A DNA stretch of 64,000 nucleotides from an uncultured delta proteobacterium (GCA_963727485.1 CAVSGM010000002.1:1120001-1184000); one strand, 5' to 3'. Shown: positions 1 to 10,032, counted from the first letter of the stretch. The notes: generated from the sequence alone by a model not told the origin. Numbers and translations are program-made.

Positions 1-276
1 GCCGCCCTCATCCACCTGGCGCCGAGGACCCTGGCGCGGCGCCGGCAGGCGGGCCACCTCGCCGCCGACGAGTCGGACCGGCTCCTGCGCGCCGCCCGCA
101 CCCTGGCGCTGGCCCTCGACCTCTTCGAGGGCGACGCCGACGGGGCCCGCGCCTGGCTCGACCGGCCCCAGCGGGCGCTGGGCGGCGAGGCCCCGCGGAT
201 CTTCGCCATGACCGACGTGGGCGCGCGCGAGGTCGAGCGCCTGGCCTATCGCCTCGAGCACGGCGTGGGCGTCTGA
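1..276 (+). CDS. Type II antitoxin, Xre/MbcA/ParS family (5'-truncated)
   Basis: Frame 1 from base 1 reads ...RTLARRRQAGHLAADESDRLLRAARTLALALDLFEGDADGARAWLDRPQRALGGEAP...GAREVERLAYRLEHGVGV*, typical of the MbcA/ParS C-terminus. The stop overlaps the RES toxin start (TGATG). Confidence 0.9.
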   Translation, partial: AALIHLAPRTLARRRQAGHLAADESDRLLRAARTLALALDLFEGDADGARAWLDRPQRALGGEAPRIFAMTDVGAREVERLAYRLEHGVGV

Positions 277-749
277 TGGCCACCGCCTACCGCCTCACCA
301 AGGCGCGCTTCCAGAAGACCGCGTTCACCGGCGAGGGCGCCAGGCGCTTCGGCGGCCGGTGGAACTTCCCCGGCACGCCGATGGTCTACCTCGCCACCAG
401 CGTGTCGCTCGCCGCCCTCGAGACCCTGGTCCACCTCGGCGACCCCGGGCCGCTCTCGGCCTACGTGCTCATCCCCGTCGACTACCCCCCGGCCCTGGTC
501 GAGCGCCTCGACCCCCGGCGCCTCCCCGCCGAGTGGGACGCGCTGCCCGCCGAGGAGTCCAGCCGCCGGGTGGGCCAGGCCTTCGTGGACCGGGCCCGCC
601 GGCCGCTCTTCCGGGTCCCCAGCGCCGTGGTCCCCGAGGAGTTCGATCTCCTCCTCAACCCCGCCCACCCCGACGCCCGCAAGCTGAAGCCAGGCCACCC
701 GCGGCCCTTCCGCTTCGACCCCAGGCTCCTCGACCCCAAGCGCAAGTGA
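276..749 (+). CDS. RES-domain toxin (NAD+ phosphorylase type)
   Basis: GEGARRFGGRWN, VYLATSVSLAALETLVH and VPSAVVPEEFDLLLNPAHPD motifs; translationally coupled to the antitoxin. Confidence 0.92.
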   Translation: MATAYRLTKARFQKTAFTGEGARRFGGRWNFPGTPMVYLATSVSLAALETLVHLGDPGPLSAYVLIPVDYPPALVERLDPRRLPAEWDALPAEESSRRVGQAFVDRARRPLFRVPSAVVPEEFDLLLNPAHPDARKLKPGHPRPFRFDPRLLDPKRK

Positions 750-754
750 GCCCC

Positions 755-1294
755 ATGTCCGAGCCCACCGCCCCCGATCGCGCCCAGGTCACCTGGGAGG
801 CCACCCTCGCGGAGGTCGTCGACGCCCACGTCCGCGCCTTCGGCCGCACCCCCAGGGGCCGCCGGGCCCAGTGGCTCATCCCCGCCGGCTTCGGCCTGGC
901 CGTCGGCGTGTTCATCGCCCTGGTCCGCCCGGCGCCCCTGCCCGTGCGCCTGCTCTGGGGCGGCCTCTGGGCCAGCTTCTCGGCGGTGGTGTTCATCACC
1001 ATGTTCCGCCGGTCCCTCAAGCGCCGCCTCCACCAGCACCTCGCCGCCCAGCTCGGCACCGAGCCGCGCATGGCCTACCGCCTCGAGGTCGACGGCGAGG
1101 GCGTCCACGCCCGCCAGGGCACCTTCGACCGGCGCTACCACTGGGACGAGGTGCTCGAGGTCGAGGAGGGCGCCCGGGGCCCCACCCTCTACTTCGCCGA
1201 CGGGTTCTTCGCCGCCGTCCCCTCCCGGGCCTTCGCCGACGACGCCGCCCGCCAGGCCTTCACCGAGGTCGTGCGCGCCCACCACGGTGCCTAG
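755..1294 (+). CDS. YcxB-like membrane protein
   Basis: Two hydrophobic helices followed by a PH-like C-terminal region (YHWDEVLEVEE...AVPSRAF). Confidence 0.65.
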   Translation: MSEPTAPDRAQVTWEATLAEVVDAHVRAFGRTPRGRRAQWLIPAGFGLAVGVFIALVRPAPLPVRLLWGGLWASFSAVVFITMFRRSLKRRLHQHLAAQLGTEPRMAYRLEVDGEGVHARQGTFDRRYHWDEVLEVEEGARGPTLYFADGFFAAVPSRAFADDAARQAFTEVVRAHHGA

Positions 1295-1338
1295 GCTGCC
1301 CTGGCCGGGGCGATCCACGCCCCGCCAGGAGGCCACCG

Positions 1339-1758
1339 ATGGATCGCGCCCGCGTGAAGCAGTTCCTCGACGACCACACCCTCGCCGCCATGGCGACCAT
1401 CACGCCGGACGGGGAGCCCGAGGTGGCCATCGTCTGCGTCGCCCGCCACCGGGAGCTGGGCCTGGTCATCGACACCCTCACCGACTCGAGGAAGTTCGCC
1501 AACCTCGAGGCCCACCCCAGGGTCGCCTTCGCCCTCGGCTGGGGCGAGGACATGGTGACCGTGCAGTACGAGGGCGTCATCGAGCACCCCGAGGGCGCCG
1601 AGCTCGAGGCCGCCAAGCAGCGCTACTTCGAGGTGTGGCCCGACGGCCGGGAGCGCGAGGCCTGGCCCAACACCGTCTACCTCACCGTGCGCCCCACCTG
1701 GATCCGCTGGGCCGACTACGGCCACGGCGCGCCGGTGATCGACGAGGAGGCGTTCTAG
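1339..1758 (+). CDS. Pyridoxamine 5'-phosphate oxidase-like flavin-binding protein
   Basis: AGGAGG RBS; MATITPDGEPEVA, TLTDSRKFANLEAHPRVA and VRPTWIRWADY motifs. Confidence 0.85.
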   Translation: MDRARVKQFLDDHTLAAMATITPDGEPEVAIVCVARHRELGLVIDTLTDSRKFANLEAHPRVAFALGWGEDMVTVQYEGVIEHPEGAELEAAKQRYFEVWPDGREREAWPNTVYLTVRPTWIRWADYGHGAPVIDEEAF

Positions 1759-1798
1759 AAGGAGGCCGCGCCCGCCGCTTGGTGGTAGGCTCGGCTCC

Positions 1799-2464
1799 AT
1801 GCGCCGGGGGACCACGACGGGGATCGTGGGGACGCTGCTCGTCACCGCGTGGGTGACCGGGTGCGTCCCCTCCATGACCGTGCTGCAGCGCGCCGAGACC
1901 GAGGCGCCGGGCCACGCCCAGCTCTCGGCCTCGGTGGGCGCCTACCTGCTCGCCACCCAGAAGACCGACAGCCAGGGCCGGACCACCCACGCCCTCGCGC
2001 CGGCGCCCAACGTCGAGCTCGCCGGCCGCCTGGGCCTCGCCCCCCACCTCGACGTGGGCCTCAAGGCGTACTTCGACGGCCCGGGCCTGGTCGCCGACCT
2101 CAAGCTCGAGGCGCTGCACACCGGCCGGGTGGTGGTCTCGGTGGACCCGGGCGCGGGGATCGCCGCCCCGGCCACCGTGAGCACCGGCAGCGGCCAGACC
2201 CAGGCCGGCGCCCTCCACCTCTACCTCCCGGTGATCGTCGGCATCCACCTCGGCCCCGACGAGCTGGTGGTCTCCCCGCGGGTCATCGGCTGGCTGGTCA
2301 CCGCGGGCCAGCAGAGCACCCTGGCCTGGCTCGCCGGCGGCGGCCTCGGCCTCGACGTCCCCGTCGGCGCCGTCCACCTCATGCCCGAGCTCGACCTCGC
2401 CTGCGGCCTGACCGGCGAGGTCCCCTGCTTCGGCTACCTCGCCTTCGGCCTCAACTACGACTGA
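1799..2464 (+). CDS. Hypothetical lipoprotein, possibly outer-membrane beta-barrel
   Basis: Lipobox-like VTGC; amphipathic beta-strand pattern ending in aromatic-rich AFGLNYD. Confidence 0.6.
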   Translation: MRRGTTTGIVGTLLVTAWVTGCVPSMTVLQRAETEAPGHAQLSASVGAYLLATQKTDSQGRTTHALAPAPNVELAGRLGLAPHLDVGLKAYFDGPGLVADLKLEALHTGRVVVSVDPGAGIAAPATVSTGSGQTQAGALHLYLPVIVGIHLGPDELVVSPRVIGWLVTAGQQSTLAWLAGGGLGLDVPVGAVHLMPELDLACGLTGEVPCFGYLAFGLNYD

Positions 2465-2499
2465 CCTCCCGCCCCCCCCCACGCACGAGAGGATCTCCG

Positions 2500-2898
2500 A
2501 TGCCCCGCTCGCTCTTCGGCGCCGCCCTCCTGGCCGCCGTCGTCGCCCTCCCCGTCGCCGCCGTCGCCGGGTCCCCGAAGCCCCTCCACCTCGAGCCCAG
2601 CAAGGACACCCACGCCCTGGCCCACGCGGTGATGCAGATGACCCTGGGCCCGGTGGCCCGGTGCCTCAAGGGCAAGCCCCACACCGAGGCCGCCCAGCGC
2701 ACCTGCGCCTGCCAGAGCAAGGCCTTCCTGGAGAAGAAGCTCGCCCGCGTCGACGACATCGTCAAGCGCCACCCGGCCTGGGCCAAGGCCCCGCTCCACT
2801 TCAAGGACGGCGACAGCACCTACGACATCACCGTGGTGCGGATGCAGCAGCTCAAGCAGGTCCTCGCCACCTGCGGTGCCAAGGCGGCGAAGAAGTAG
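2500..2898 (+). CDS. Secreted hypothetical protein
   Basis: GAGAGG RBS, signal peptide (MPRSLFGAALLAAVVALPVAAVA), four Cys. Confidence 0.65.
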   Translation: MPRSLFGAALLAAVVALPVAAVAGSPKPLHLEPSKDTHALAHAVMQMTLGPVARCLKGKPHTEAAQRTCACQSKAFLEKKLARVDDIVKRHPAWAKAPLHFKDGDSTYDITVVRMQQLKQVLATCGAKAAKK

Positions 2899-4278
2899 CT
2901 AGCCGATCCCCAGCTCGCGCATCCGCCGCCACAGGGTGCTGCGGCTGACCCCCAGGCGCGCCGCCGCCGCCCGGCGGTTCCAGTGGGTGGCCTCGAGAGC
3001 CGCGCGGATCCGCACCGCGTCGGCCTCGGGCGGGTTGCCGGCGGCCACCACCGCCGGCCCGGGGACCTCTTCGGTCACCCCCCGGATCTCCGGGGGCAGG
3101 TCCTCGAGCTGGATCGTCTGCCCCTGGCAGACCGCGTGGGCGTACTCCAGGGCGTTCTCCAGCTCCCGGACGTTCCCCGGCCAGGCGTAGCGCTCCAGGC
3201 GCCGGAGGGTGTCCGGCGACAGCCGCAGGGCCCGGCCCTCCCGGCGGCCGATGCGCGCCAGCATGTGCTGGGCGATGGGCGCCACGTCCTCGGGCCGCTC
3301 CCGGAGCGCCGGGAGGTGGATGGGCACCACCCGCAGCCGGTAGTAGAGGTCCTCGCGGAAGCGCCCCTCGGCGATGGCCTGGCGCAGGTCGACGTTGGTG
3401 GCGGCGATGACCCGGGCGGTCATCGGCCGGCTCACGCTCTCGCCCACCCGCTCGAAGCGCAGCTCCTGGAGCACCCGCAAGAGCTTCACCTGGAGGTGCG
3501 GCGCGAGGTCGCCGATCTCGTCGAGGAGCACGGTCCCCCCCGCCGCCGCCTCGAAGCGCCCCACCCGGTCGCGGACCGCCCCGGTGAACGCCCCGCGCAC
3601 GTGCCCGAAGAGCTCGCTCTCCAGGAGGTCCGGGGGCAGCGCCGCGCAGTTCACCGCCACGAAGGCCCCCGGCGCCCGCGGCGAGTGGGCGTGCAGCGCC
3701 CGGGCCACCACCTCCTTGCCGGTGCCGCTGTCGCCGGTGATGAGCACCGTGGCGTCGGAGCGGCTCAAGGACTCGATGAGGTGGAGGATCCGGAGCATCG
3801 CCGCCGAGCGGGTGACCAGGCCGTGGGAGGCGGTGGCGCTCTGGAGGATGAGGTCGTCCTCCTCGGCGGGGCGCAGGACCAAAAGGTAGCGGGCCCGGGG
3901 GTCGCAGTCGCCGCGGACATGCGGGGGCAGGAAGGCGGCGGTGAGCGACACCAGGCGCAGGTGGTCGCCGCAGTGGAGCACCGCCCGGCGCCCCTCCTCG
4001 CGGCGGCCCTGCTCCAGGGCCACCCGGAGGATCTCCCCCTCGCCGAAGAGCCCGCCGCCCAGCAGCCGCTCCACCGGCTCGCCCAGCACCGCCTCCGACG
4101 CCCCCTCGCACCCGAGCCGGTCGAGGGTCTGGCTCACCCGCAGGACCGAGAAGCGCTCGTCGAGGACCACCAGCACCCGGCCCAGCGCCTCGAACACGGT
4201 CTCCAGCTGTGTCCACCCGGGGGTGGGCACCTCGTCGAGGGAGCGGGCGGCGAGGGCGCTTGCAGAGTCGTCGGACAT
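2899..4278 (-). CDS. Sigma-54-dependent transcriptional activator (PAS-like, AAA+, Fis HTH)
   Basis: GDSGTGKE Walker [33 protein letters not shown] and C-terminal HTH. Start is uncertain (4278 or 4371). Confidence 0.93.
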   Translation of the reverse strand: MSDDSASALAARSLDEVPTPGWTQLETVFEALGRVLVVLDERFSVLRVSQTLDRLGCEGASEAVLGEPVERLLGGGLFGEGEILRVALEQGRREEGRRAVLHCGDHLRLVSLTAAFLPPHVRGDCDPRARYLLVLRPAEEDDLILQSATASHGLVTRSAAMLRILHLIESLSRSDATVLITGDSGTGKEVVARALHAHSPRAPGAFVAVNCAALPPDLLESELFGHVRGAFTGAVRDRVGRFEAAAGGTVLLDEIGDLAPHLQVKLLRVLQELRFERVGESVSRPMTARVIAATNVDLRQAIAEGRFREDLYYRLRVVPIHLPALRERPEDVAPIAQHMLARIGRREGRALRLSPDTLRRLERYAWPGNVRELENALEYAHAVCQGQTIQLEDLPPEIRGVTEEVPGPAVVAAGNPPEADAVRIRAALEATHWNRRAAAARLGVSRSTLWRRMRELGIG

Positions 4279-4383
4279 CGGTGGGGCCGGCGCCGGTTCG
4301 GGGCGTCCGGGGGCATCATGGGGTCCCCACCGCTGGCTTTCAAGCGCCGAGAGGATGGTCCCGAGCCGCATCTTCGCGCCTCG

Positions 4384-5586
4384 TCAGCAGCCGCCGCCCT
4401 TCTTCAGCGTCGGCGCCTTCACCGCCCTCGGGACCACCGCCACCGGAGGCGGCGCGGTGGCGGTGCCGGTGAACTTCCCGTGGAGGGCGCTCTGGAGCCG
4501 ATAGGCCTCCACCGCCTGCGGAGTGGGGTCCGCGGGCACCTCGGGCGCGGTGAGGATCGCCTGGTGGAAGGCGGCGAAGCCCCCATCGAGGACCTGCACC
4601 TGGCCGGGGAAGCGGGTGGCCGCCCGGGGGAGCTGGTCGAGGTCGGCCTGGGCGTAGAGCACCAGGGTCCGGGTCGCCGGCAGGGTCGCCAAGAAGCCCA
4701 CCCCGGGGTCGTCGCCGGGGCGGCAGAGGGCTCCGGGCACCCGCGCCTTGGCGCAGGCCTTCGGAGACCGGAGGTCGACGACGTAGTAGCCGCTGGGATC
4801 GGCGACCAGGCCCTTCGCCAGGGCCAGCGCCCCGATGTGGCCAAACGCCTTGGACGCCCGCGCCGGCGTGGGCTCGCTGGCGGTCATCGGCGAGGGGAGG
4901 ATCACCATCAGCAGGGCGCCGAGGGTCGCCACCGAGAGGCCGCCGAGGACCCGGTTGCGGTGGCCGGGGTGGACGTCCGGGGGCTCGGTGCCACCGCGCT
5001 CGGCGAGGGTCGCCTCCAGCTTCTCCACGCCGATGAAGGCGATGATCGCCAGGTTGAGCACCGCCAGGGCCACCACCGCGAAGGGCACCCCCAGGGCCTG
5101 GTCGAGGCGGACGGCGCCCAGGGCGCCCGAGTGGTAGAACCCCTCGACAACGGGCCAGGCGGCGCCGAAGACCAGCGTCCCCACCGCCACCCCGCCGTAG
5201 GTCACCAGGCCGTCGAGGTTCCCCGAGGCCGCGGAGACCACCGAGGTGCCCGGGCAGTAGCCGGCGATGATGAAGCCCGCCCCCAGGAGGAGCCCGCCGA
5301 GGAGCTGGGGCCACACGAAGGTCGCCGGCACCGTGACCATCGACAGGTCGATGATCCCCAGGCCCGAGAGGAGCGCCAGGCCCACCGTGGCGGTGGTGAT
5401 GGCGGTGAACAGGACTTTGAACACCCGGTTGTCGGTGAAGTAGAACTGCGCCGCGAGCACCGGCGCCCGGCCGAAGCCCCCGCGCTCCAGGGCGAAGCCG
5501 AAGCCGAACCCGATGAGCACCGCCATCACCAGGCCGGTGGGGAAGCCGAAGACGTCATGGGCATAGAGCGGGAAGGTCATCGCCAT
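4384..5586 (-). CDS. YeeE/YedE sulfur transporter fused to a rhodanese-like domain with C-terminal GGGC
   Basis: GFGFALERGGFG and GFIIAGYCPGTS YeeE motifs; then VVDLRS...ARVPGA...LYAQ...VLDGGFAAF rhodanese-like fold; ends KKGGGC. Confidence 0.85.
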   Translation of the reverse strand: MAMTFPLYAHDVFGFPTGLVMAVLIGFGFGFALERGGFGRAPVLAAQFYFTDNRVFKVLFTAITTATVGLALLSGLGIIDLSMVTVPATFVWPQLLGGLLLGAGFIIAGYCPGTSVVSAASGNLDGLVTYGGVAVGTLVFGAAWPVVEGFYHSGALGAVRLDQALGVPFAVVALAVLNLAIIAFIGVEKLEATLAERGGTEPPDVHPGHRNRVLGGLSVATLGALLMVILPSPMTASEPTPARASKAFGHIGALALAKGLVADPSGYYVVDLRSPKACAKARVPGALCRPGDDPGVGFLATLPATRTLVLYAQADLDQLPRAATRFPGQVQVLDGGFAAFHQAILTAPEVPADPTPQAVEAYRLQSALHGKFTGTATAPPPVAVVPRAVKAPTLKKGGGC

Positions 5587-6092
5587 TGCCTCCGAACCAG
5601 GGGGGCGGTGAGGTAGCCCCCGGCGAACACCGCCAGCATGAAGATCCAGGAGCCCAGGGAGAGCACCGCGCCGCCGGTGAGGGCCTGCCCCGAGGTGCAG
5701 CCGCGGGCGAAGCGGGCGGCGATGCCCATGAGCACCCCGCCGAGGAGCGCGAAGCCCAGGCGCTTGAGGGTGGAGTAGTTGGGGCCGTTCTGGACCCCGC
5801 GCTTCATCCGGCCGGCGGAGTAGGCGGCGACGAAGCCGCCGAGGAGCACGCCCAGCACCTCGTAGACCAGCCAGTCGTCGAGGACGTGCTTGCCCAGGCC
5901 CACGAAGCTCCCGAAGTAGCCGTTGGCCTGGGTGGCCGCCGGGGCCACCAGGTCCGCGGCGCCGATGGCCAGCCGGTTGGCCGCCCCCGAGGCGCCGAGG
6001 CCGAAGCCCATGATGAGGAAGCTCGCCAGGAGGACCAGGCCCAGCAAGAGCCCGGCGAGGTAGGGGTTCCACAGGGGTCGTTCGGTCTGCAT
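5577..6092 (-). CDS. YeeE/YedE thiosulfate/sulfur transporter family protein
   Basis: WNPYLAGLLLG and GGVLMGIAARFARGCTSG motifs; multiple transmembrane helices. Confidence 0.9.
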   Translation of the reverse strand: MQTERPLWNPYLAGLLLGLVLLASFLIMGFGLGASGAANRLAIGAADLVAPAATQANGYFGSFVGLGKHVLDDWLVYEVLGVLLGGFVAAYSAGRMKRGVQNGPNYSTLKRLGFALLGGVLMGIAARFARGCTSGQALTGGAVLSLGSWIFMLAVFAGGYLTAPLVRRQWR

Positions 6093-6102
6093 CGGATCGC
6101 TC

Positions 6103-7074
6103 CTAGTGGATGAGCATGCGGAAGGCGGTGGCCTGCCCGGCGGCGACCAGCACCGCCCGGAGGGCGTAGCCGCCCACCAGGACCAGGGCCGGGGTGAGGA
6201 CGGTGAAGCCCAGGCGGCGCCTGGCCTCGAGGAGCTCCATCACCAGGGGCACCGTGAGGCCGAGGATCACCACCAGGGCCCAGAAGGGCGCGGTGAAGGG
6301 GCCGCCGAGGACCTCGGCCGCGGCGAGGTGGCCGGCGGCGCCGGAGGTGGCGTAGCCGATGAGCAGCGCCCCCAGGAGGAAGAGCTCGACGGCGATGGCC
6401 ACCATGTCCCAGCGCACCAGCTGGTGGCGCTCGCCGGCCTCGAGGGGGAAGAGGAGCATGAACGCCGCGCCGGTGGAGATCCCCGAGGTGAGGAAGAGCG
6501 GCCCGAGGATGGCGCTGTTCCACTGGAAGCGGGCGCTGAGGGTGCCCAGCAGCAGCCCGGTGTAGGCCCCGAGCCCGGCGCCCACGAACACCGTCACCCA
6601 CAGCACCGGCCGGCGCCAGCGGTCGGCGAGCTTCAGGAGCCCGGCGACGATCCCGTGCTCGCCGCCGAGGTGCACCGTGAGCCACCGGCGCGCCTGCTCG
6701 GGGAGGGCGCCGAGGCCCTGGAGGAGCGCCGCCGGGTACATCAGCACCAGGATCCACGCGCCCCAGCTCATCGGCGAGGTCGGCCGGAAGGCGAAGTAGA
6801 ACCGGTAGACGTGGGCCTTGTGCTCCAGGTCGAGGAAGAGCGCCCCCATGCCCACCGAGAGCAGGACGATGGCGGCAAACGGCATGTAGCGGAGCGCCGG
6901 CGACTCGGGCTGCCGCTTGCGGGAGAGCTCCAGGGCCGCGGTGAGCACCGCGATCCCGGCGACCACCCCGCCGAGGAAGAGATAGACCGGCACCTGCCAG
7001 CCCCAGATGTGGAGGACCGGATCGACCAGGTGGTTGTGCCGGGTGAGGGCGACTTCGAGGTGCTGCGGGTTCAT
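6103..7074 (-). CDS. psrC: NrfD/PsrC-type membrane anchor of polysulfide/thiosulfate reductase
   Basis: WGWQVPVYLFLGG, LFLDL and TSPMSWGAWIL motifs; about 8 TM helices; follows the Fe-S subunit. Confidence 0.9.
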   Translation of the reverse strand: MNPQHLEVALTRHNHLVDPVLHIWGWQVPVYLFLGGVVAGIAVLTAALELSRKRQPESPALRYMPFAAIVLLSVGMGALFLDLEHKAHVYRFYFAFRPTSPMSWGAWILVLMYPAALLQGLGALPEQARRWLTVHLGGEHGIVAGLLKLADRWRRPVLWVTVFVGAGLGAYTGLLLGTLSARFQWNSAILGPLFLTSGISTGAAFMLLFPLEAGERHQLVRWDMVAIAVELFLLGALLIGYATSGAAGHLAAAEVLGGPFTAPFWALVVILGLTVPLVMELLEARRRLGFTVLTPALVLVGGYALRAVLVAAGQATAFRMLIH

Positions 7075-7084
7075 GGTCGTCCCC

Positions 7085-7627
7085 CTACTCGAGGTAGAAG
7101 ACGTTGGGGTCGGTACCGGCCTCGGGGTGGAGCACGTGCCAGGTGCGGGTGGCGAGGAGCCTGGAGATCTCCGAGTGGGGATCGGCCCGATCGCCGAAGG
7201 TGATGGCCTGGGTGGGGCAGGCCTCGGCGCAGGCCGGGAGCTTGCCCTGCTTCACCCGGTGCAGGCAGAAGGTGCACTTGTCGGCGTAGCCGTCGGGGTG
7301 GATGTAGCGGGCGTCGTAGGGGCAGGCGGCCATGCAGGCCTTGCAGCCGGTGCACTCGTCGTGGTCGACGAGCACCACCCCGCCCTCGTCGTAGTGGCTG
7401 GCGCCGGTGGGGCAGGCCTCGACGCAGGGGGCCTCCGAGCACTGGTTGCAGCGCTCCGAGAGGTTCAGGGCGTGGAGCACCGGGAAGGTCCCCCAGACCC
7501 GCTCCTCGAGCCAGGTCCGGGCGAAGCCCAGCGGTACCCCGTTCTCGGCCTGACAGGCGACCACACAGGCCTTGCAGGCGACGCAGGCGCGGGTGTCGAC
7601 GGCCATGGCGTATCGCTTCGCGGTCAT
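7085..7627 (-). CDS. psrB: 4x[4Fe-4S] electron-transfer subunit (PsrB/PhsB type)
   Basis: CVACKACVVAC, CNQCSEAPCVEACP, CTGCKACMAACPY and CTFC...CAEACP; start overlaps the psrA stop (ATGA). Confidence 0.92.
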   Translation of the reverse strand: MTAKRYAMAVDTRACVACKACVVACQAENGVPLGFARTWLEERVWGTFPVLHALNLSERCNQCSEAPCVEACPTGASHYDEGGVVLVDHDECTGCKACMAACPYDARYIHPDGYADKCTFCLHRVKQGKLPACAEACPTQAITFGDRADPHSEISRLLATRTWHVLHPEAGTDPNVFYLE

Positions 7628-9843
7628 GCCTGCCACCTCTCGATGCGGACGAAGTTCACGCGCATCCCGGTGCCCCCCATGACAGGGTCGATGGCGACCT
7701 TGCTCACGAGGTGCTGGTCATCGGCGCCTCGGCCGTGGGTGAAGCCGAGGTAGCGGCTGGTGTGGCCGTAGCCGTGCACCAGGAACACGCAGTCGGGGCG
7801 GATGCGCTCGGTGACCTTGAGGCGCACCTTGCTGCTCTTGACCCCGTCCTGGTTGACGAGGCGCACCCACTGCCCGTGCTTCAGGCCCTTCTCCTTGGCG
7901 GCCTGGGCGTTGAGCCACACCTGGTTCTGGTCGTAGATCTGGCCGAGCACCCGGTTGTTGGTGGTGCGCCCGAAGGTCTGGGTGGGCGTGCGGCCGTAGA
8001 GGAGGCGGAAGGTCCCCTCGGGGGGCTCGGGCACCGGCCGGTAGACGGGCATGGGGTCGAGGCCGAGGTCGGCCAGGGCCTTGGAGTAGAGCTCGATCTT
8101 CTTCGACGGGGTGTTGAAGCTGGGCTCGATGCCGTCCTCGATGGTGGTGGGCTGGTCCGCTCCCACGTGGACGCCGGTGCGGAAGACCTCCTCGGCGTCG
8201 AAGCCGCCGGCCTTCAGCCGCTCGGTGACCATCTGCCTGGCGTCGTCCCAGGGGAAGTACTTCTCGAGGCCCAGGCGCCTCGCCAGCCCCTTGGCGATCC
8301 ACCACCCGGGCTTGGAGTCGTAGAGGGGCGGCACCACCTCCTGGCGCACCGCGAGGAAGGGCTTCTTGAAGCCGATGTTGGCGAGGTCGTCGGTGCGCTC
8401 GAGGTAGGTGGCCTCGGGGAGGACCACGTCGGCCCAGCCGGTGATCTCCGCGGGGAGCACGTCGATGGCCACCAGCAGATCCAGGTGCTGGATGGCCTCG
8501 AGGGTCTTCTCGGGCTCGGGGAGCGACTGGATGAGGTTGGTGCCGTAGACCAGCCACCCCTTCACGTCGTAGGCGGCGGTGCCGGGGATGGCGGCGTCGC
8601 GGATCCCGTGGGCCAGAGGCTCGTCGGCGAAGGGGAAGACCTTGCCCTTGGGGGTGTCCGGCGGCCGCCGCGGCGCGTGCTCGAAGGGCGGCAGGGGGTA
8701 GCTGGGCACCTTGAGCTTGGCCGGGTAGTAGAGCCCGCCCCTGGCGCCCCAGCTCCCGAGCAGCGCCGAGAGCATGGCCATGGCCCGGGCGCGCTGGGTG
8801 TCGTTGCCGTACCAGGCGGTGTGGCGCCCCGGGTGGATGAGCGAGGCCGGCCTCGCCCCGGCGATGAACCGCGCGGTCTCCCGGATGAGCGCCGGCTCGA
8901 GGGTGGTCTGGGTGAAGGCCCACTCGGGGGTCTTGTCGGCGAGGTGCTTCTCGAGCGCGTCGAAGCCGGTGGCGTACTTCGCCACGTAGTCGGCGTCGTA
9001 GAGCTTCTCCTTCACGATGACGTGCATCCACGCCAGGAGCAGGGCGATGTCGGTGCCCGGCTTGATGGGCAGCCAGTAGCGCGCCTTGCCGGCGGCGGTG
9101 GAGTAGCGGGGGTCGACGACCACCAGCTCGGCGCCGCGCTTGAGGGCGGTGGCGAGCTCCTGCACCTGGGTGTTGTGCATGTTCTCGCCCAGGTGGGTGC
9201 CGATGAGGGTGATGACCCTCGCGTTCTCCAGGTCGGTGCGCTCGGGGGAGCCGATGGTCTCGCCGTAGGTCAGGGCGTAGCCGGCGCTCCTAGCCCCGCG
9301 GCACTGGGCGAAGCTCGGGGCCCCCTCGGTCTCGGACCCGTAGGCGTGGAAGAGGGTCTTGAAGGGCCAGCCGCCGAAGCCGTGGGCGAACAGGCCCATG
9401 GCCTCGGGCCCGTGCTTCGCCTTGATGGCCTTCATCTTGTCGGCGATGAAGTCGAGGGCCTCGTCCCAGCTCACCTCCTTGAACACCTGCTTGCCCCGGT
9501 CGCCGACCCGCAGCAGCGGGGTCTTGAGGCGGTCGGGGTCGTAGAGCAGCCCGGTGCCTGCCAGGCCCCGGGGGCAGAGGTGCCCGTTGGACAGGGGGTG
9601 GGCGGGGTTGCCGGAGATCTTCACCACCTTCCCGTCCTTCACGTGCGCCAGGATCCCGCACTTCCAGAAGCACATCTCGCAGAAGGTCGGGACCACCTTG
9701 TCGGCGCCGCTCGCCGCCGCCTGGGCGACCGCCGGGTCCTGCTCGGCGCTGGCCCAGGCCCACTTGAACAGGCCGCCGCCGGCGGCGATGCCACCGGTGG
9801 CCGCGGCGCCAATCTTGATGAACTGCCTTCGGGTGATGGCCAT
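7624..9843 (-). CDS. psrA: Molybdopterin oxidoreductase catalytic subunit, polysulfide/thiosulfate reductase (PsrA/PhsA) type, Tat-exported
   Basis: Tat signal TRRQFIK; CEMCFWKC...C [4Fe-4S] motif; SFAQCRG putative Mo-ligating Cys; ADVVLPEATYLER. The exact substrate is inferred. Confidence 0.9.
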   Translation of the reverse strand: MAITRRQFIKIGAAATGGIAAGGGLFKWAWASAEQDPAVAQAAASGADKVVPTFCEMCFWKCGILAHVKDGKVVKISGNPAHPLSNGHLCPRGLAGTGLLYDPDRLKTPLLRVGDRGKQVFKEVSWDEALDFIADKMKAIKAKHGPEAMGLFAHGFGGWPFKTLFHAYGSETEGAPSFAQCRGARSAGYALTYGETIGSPERTDLENARVITLIGTHLGENMHNTQVQELATALKRGAELVVVDPRYSTAAGKARYWLPIKPGTDIALLLAWMHVIVKEKLYDADYVAKYATGFDALEKHLADKTPEWAFTQTTLEPALIRETARFIAGARPASLIHPGRHTAWYGNDTQRARAMAMLSALLGSWGARGGLYYPAKLKVPSYPLPPFEHAPRRPPDTPKGKVFPFADEPLAHGIRDAAIPGTAAYDVKGWLVYGTNLIQSLPEPEKTLEAIQHLDLLVAIDVLPAEITGWADVVLPEATYLERTDDLANIGFKKPFLAVRQEVVPPLYDSKPGWWIAKGLARRLGLEKYFPWDDARQMVTERLKAGGFDAEEVFRTGVHVGADQPTTIEDGIEPSFNTPSKKIELYSKALADLGLDPMPVYRPVPEPPEGTFRLLYGRTPTQTFGRTTNNRVLGQIYDQNQVWLNAQAAKEKGLKHGQWVRLVNQDGVKSSKVRLKVTERIRPDCVFLVHGYGHTSRYLGFTHGRGADDQHLVSKVAIDPVMGGTGMRVNFVRIERWQA

Positions 9844-9891
9844 CTTCGCCCTCCGTGCCGCCGGGGGGTGGCGGCTGCCAGGGAGGGCTAG

Positions 9892-9907
9892 ACCACGAAT
9901 CGTGCCA
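9892..9907 (-). promoter_or_regulatory. Probable sigma-54 (-24/-12) promoter of the psr operon
   Basis: Minus strand reads TGGCACGATTCGTGGT: perfect -24 element, but -12 is GTGG instead of TTGC; about 50 bp upstream of psrA. Confidence 0.55.
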
Positions 9908-9961
9908 AGGGCCCGGTGCACGAATCTCGCGGCTACCGTGCGTCTCGCGGGCCGGCGGAGC

Positions 9962-10007
9962 CAGGTGTTGAAACATCGCGTCTCAACACCTGCGACACCG
10001 TGTCGCA
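9962..10007. promoter_or_regulatory. Two adjoining palindromes, putative enhancer (UAS) sites for the sigma-54 activator
   Basis: CAGGTGTTGA-N11-TCAACACCTG (9962-9992) and TGCGACAC-C-GTGTCGCA (9991-10007), about 55-100 bp upstream of the -24 element. Confidence 0.6.
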
Positions 10008-10032
10008 AACCCTGCCCTGGGCCACGAGCCGC

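Noticed and set aside
1..749. Toxin-antitoxin pair as the edge of a prophage or genomic island
   Set aside because: No integrase, phage genes or compositional shift follow it; upstream context lies outside the window.
4369..4386. TGA after ...GGGC is in frame with the downstream activator ORF, suggesting possible selenocysteine read-through
   Set aside because: No SECIS-like hairpin could be supported. Read-through would fuse a transporter to a transcription factor through a low-complexity linker, and in-frame placement has a one-in-three chance.
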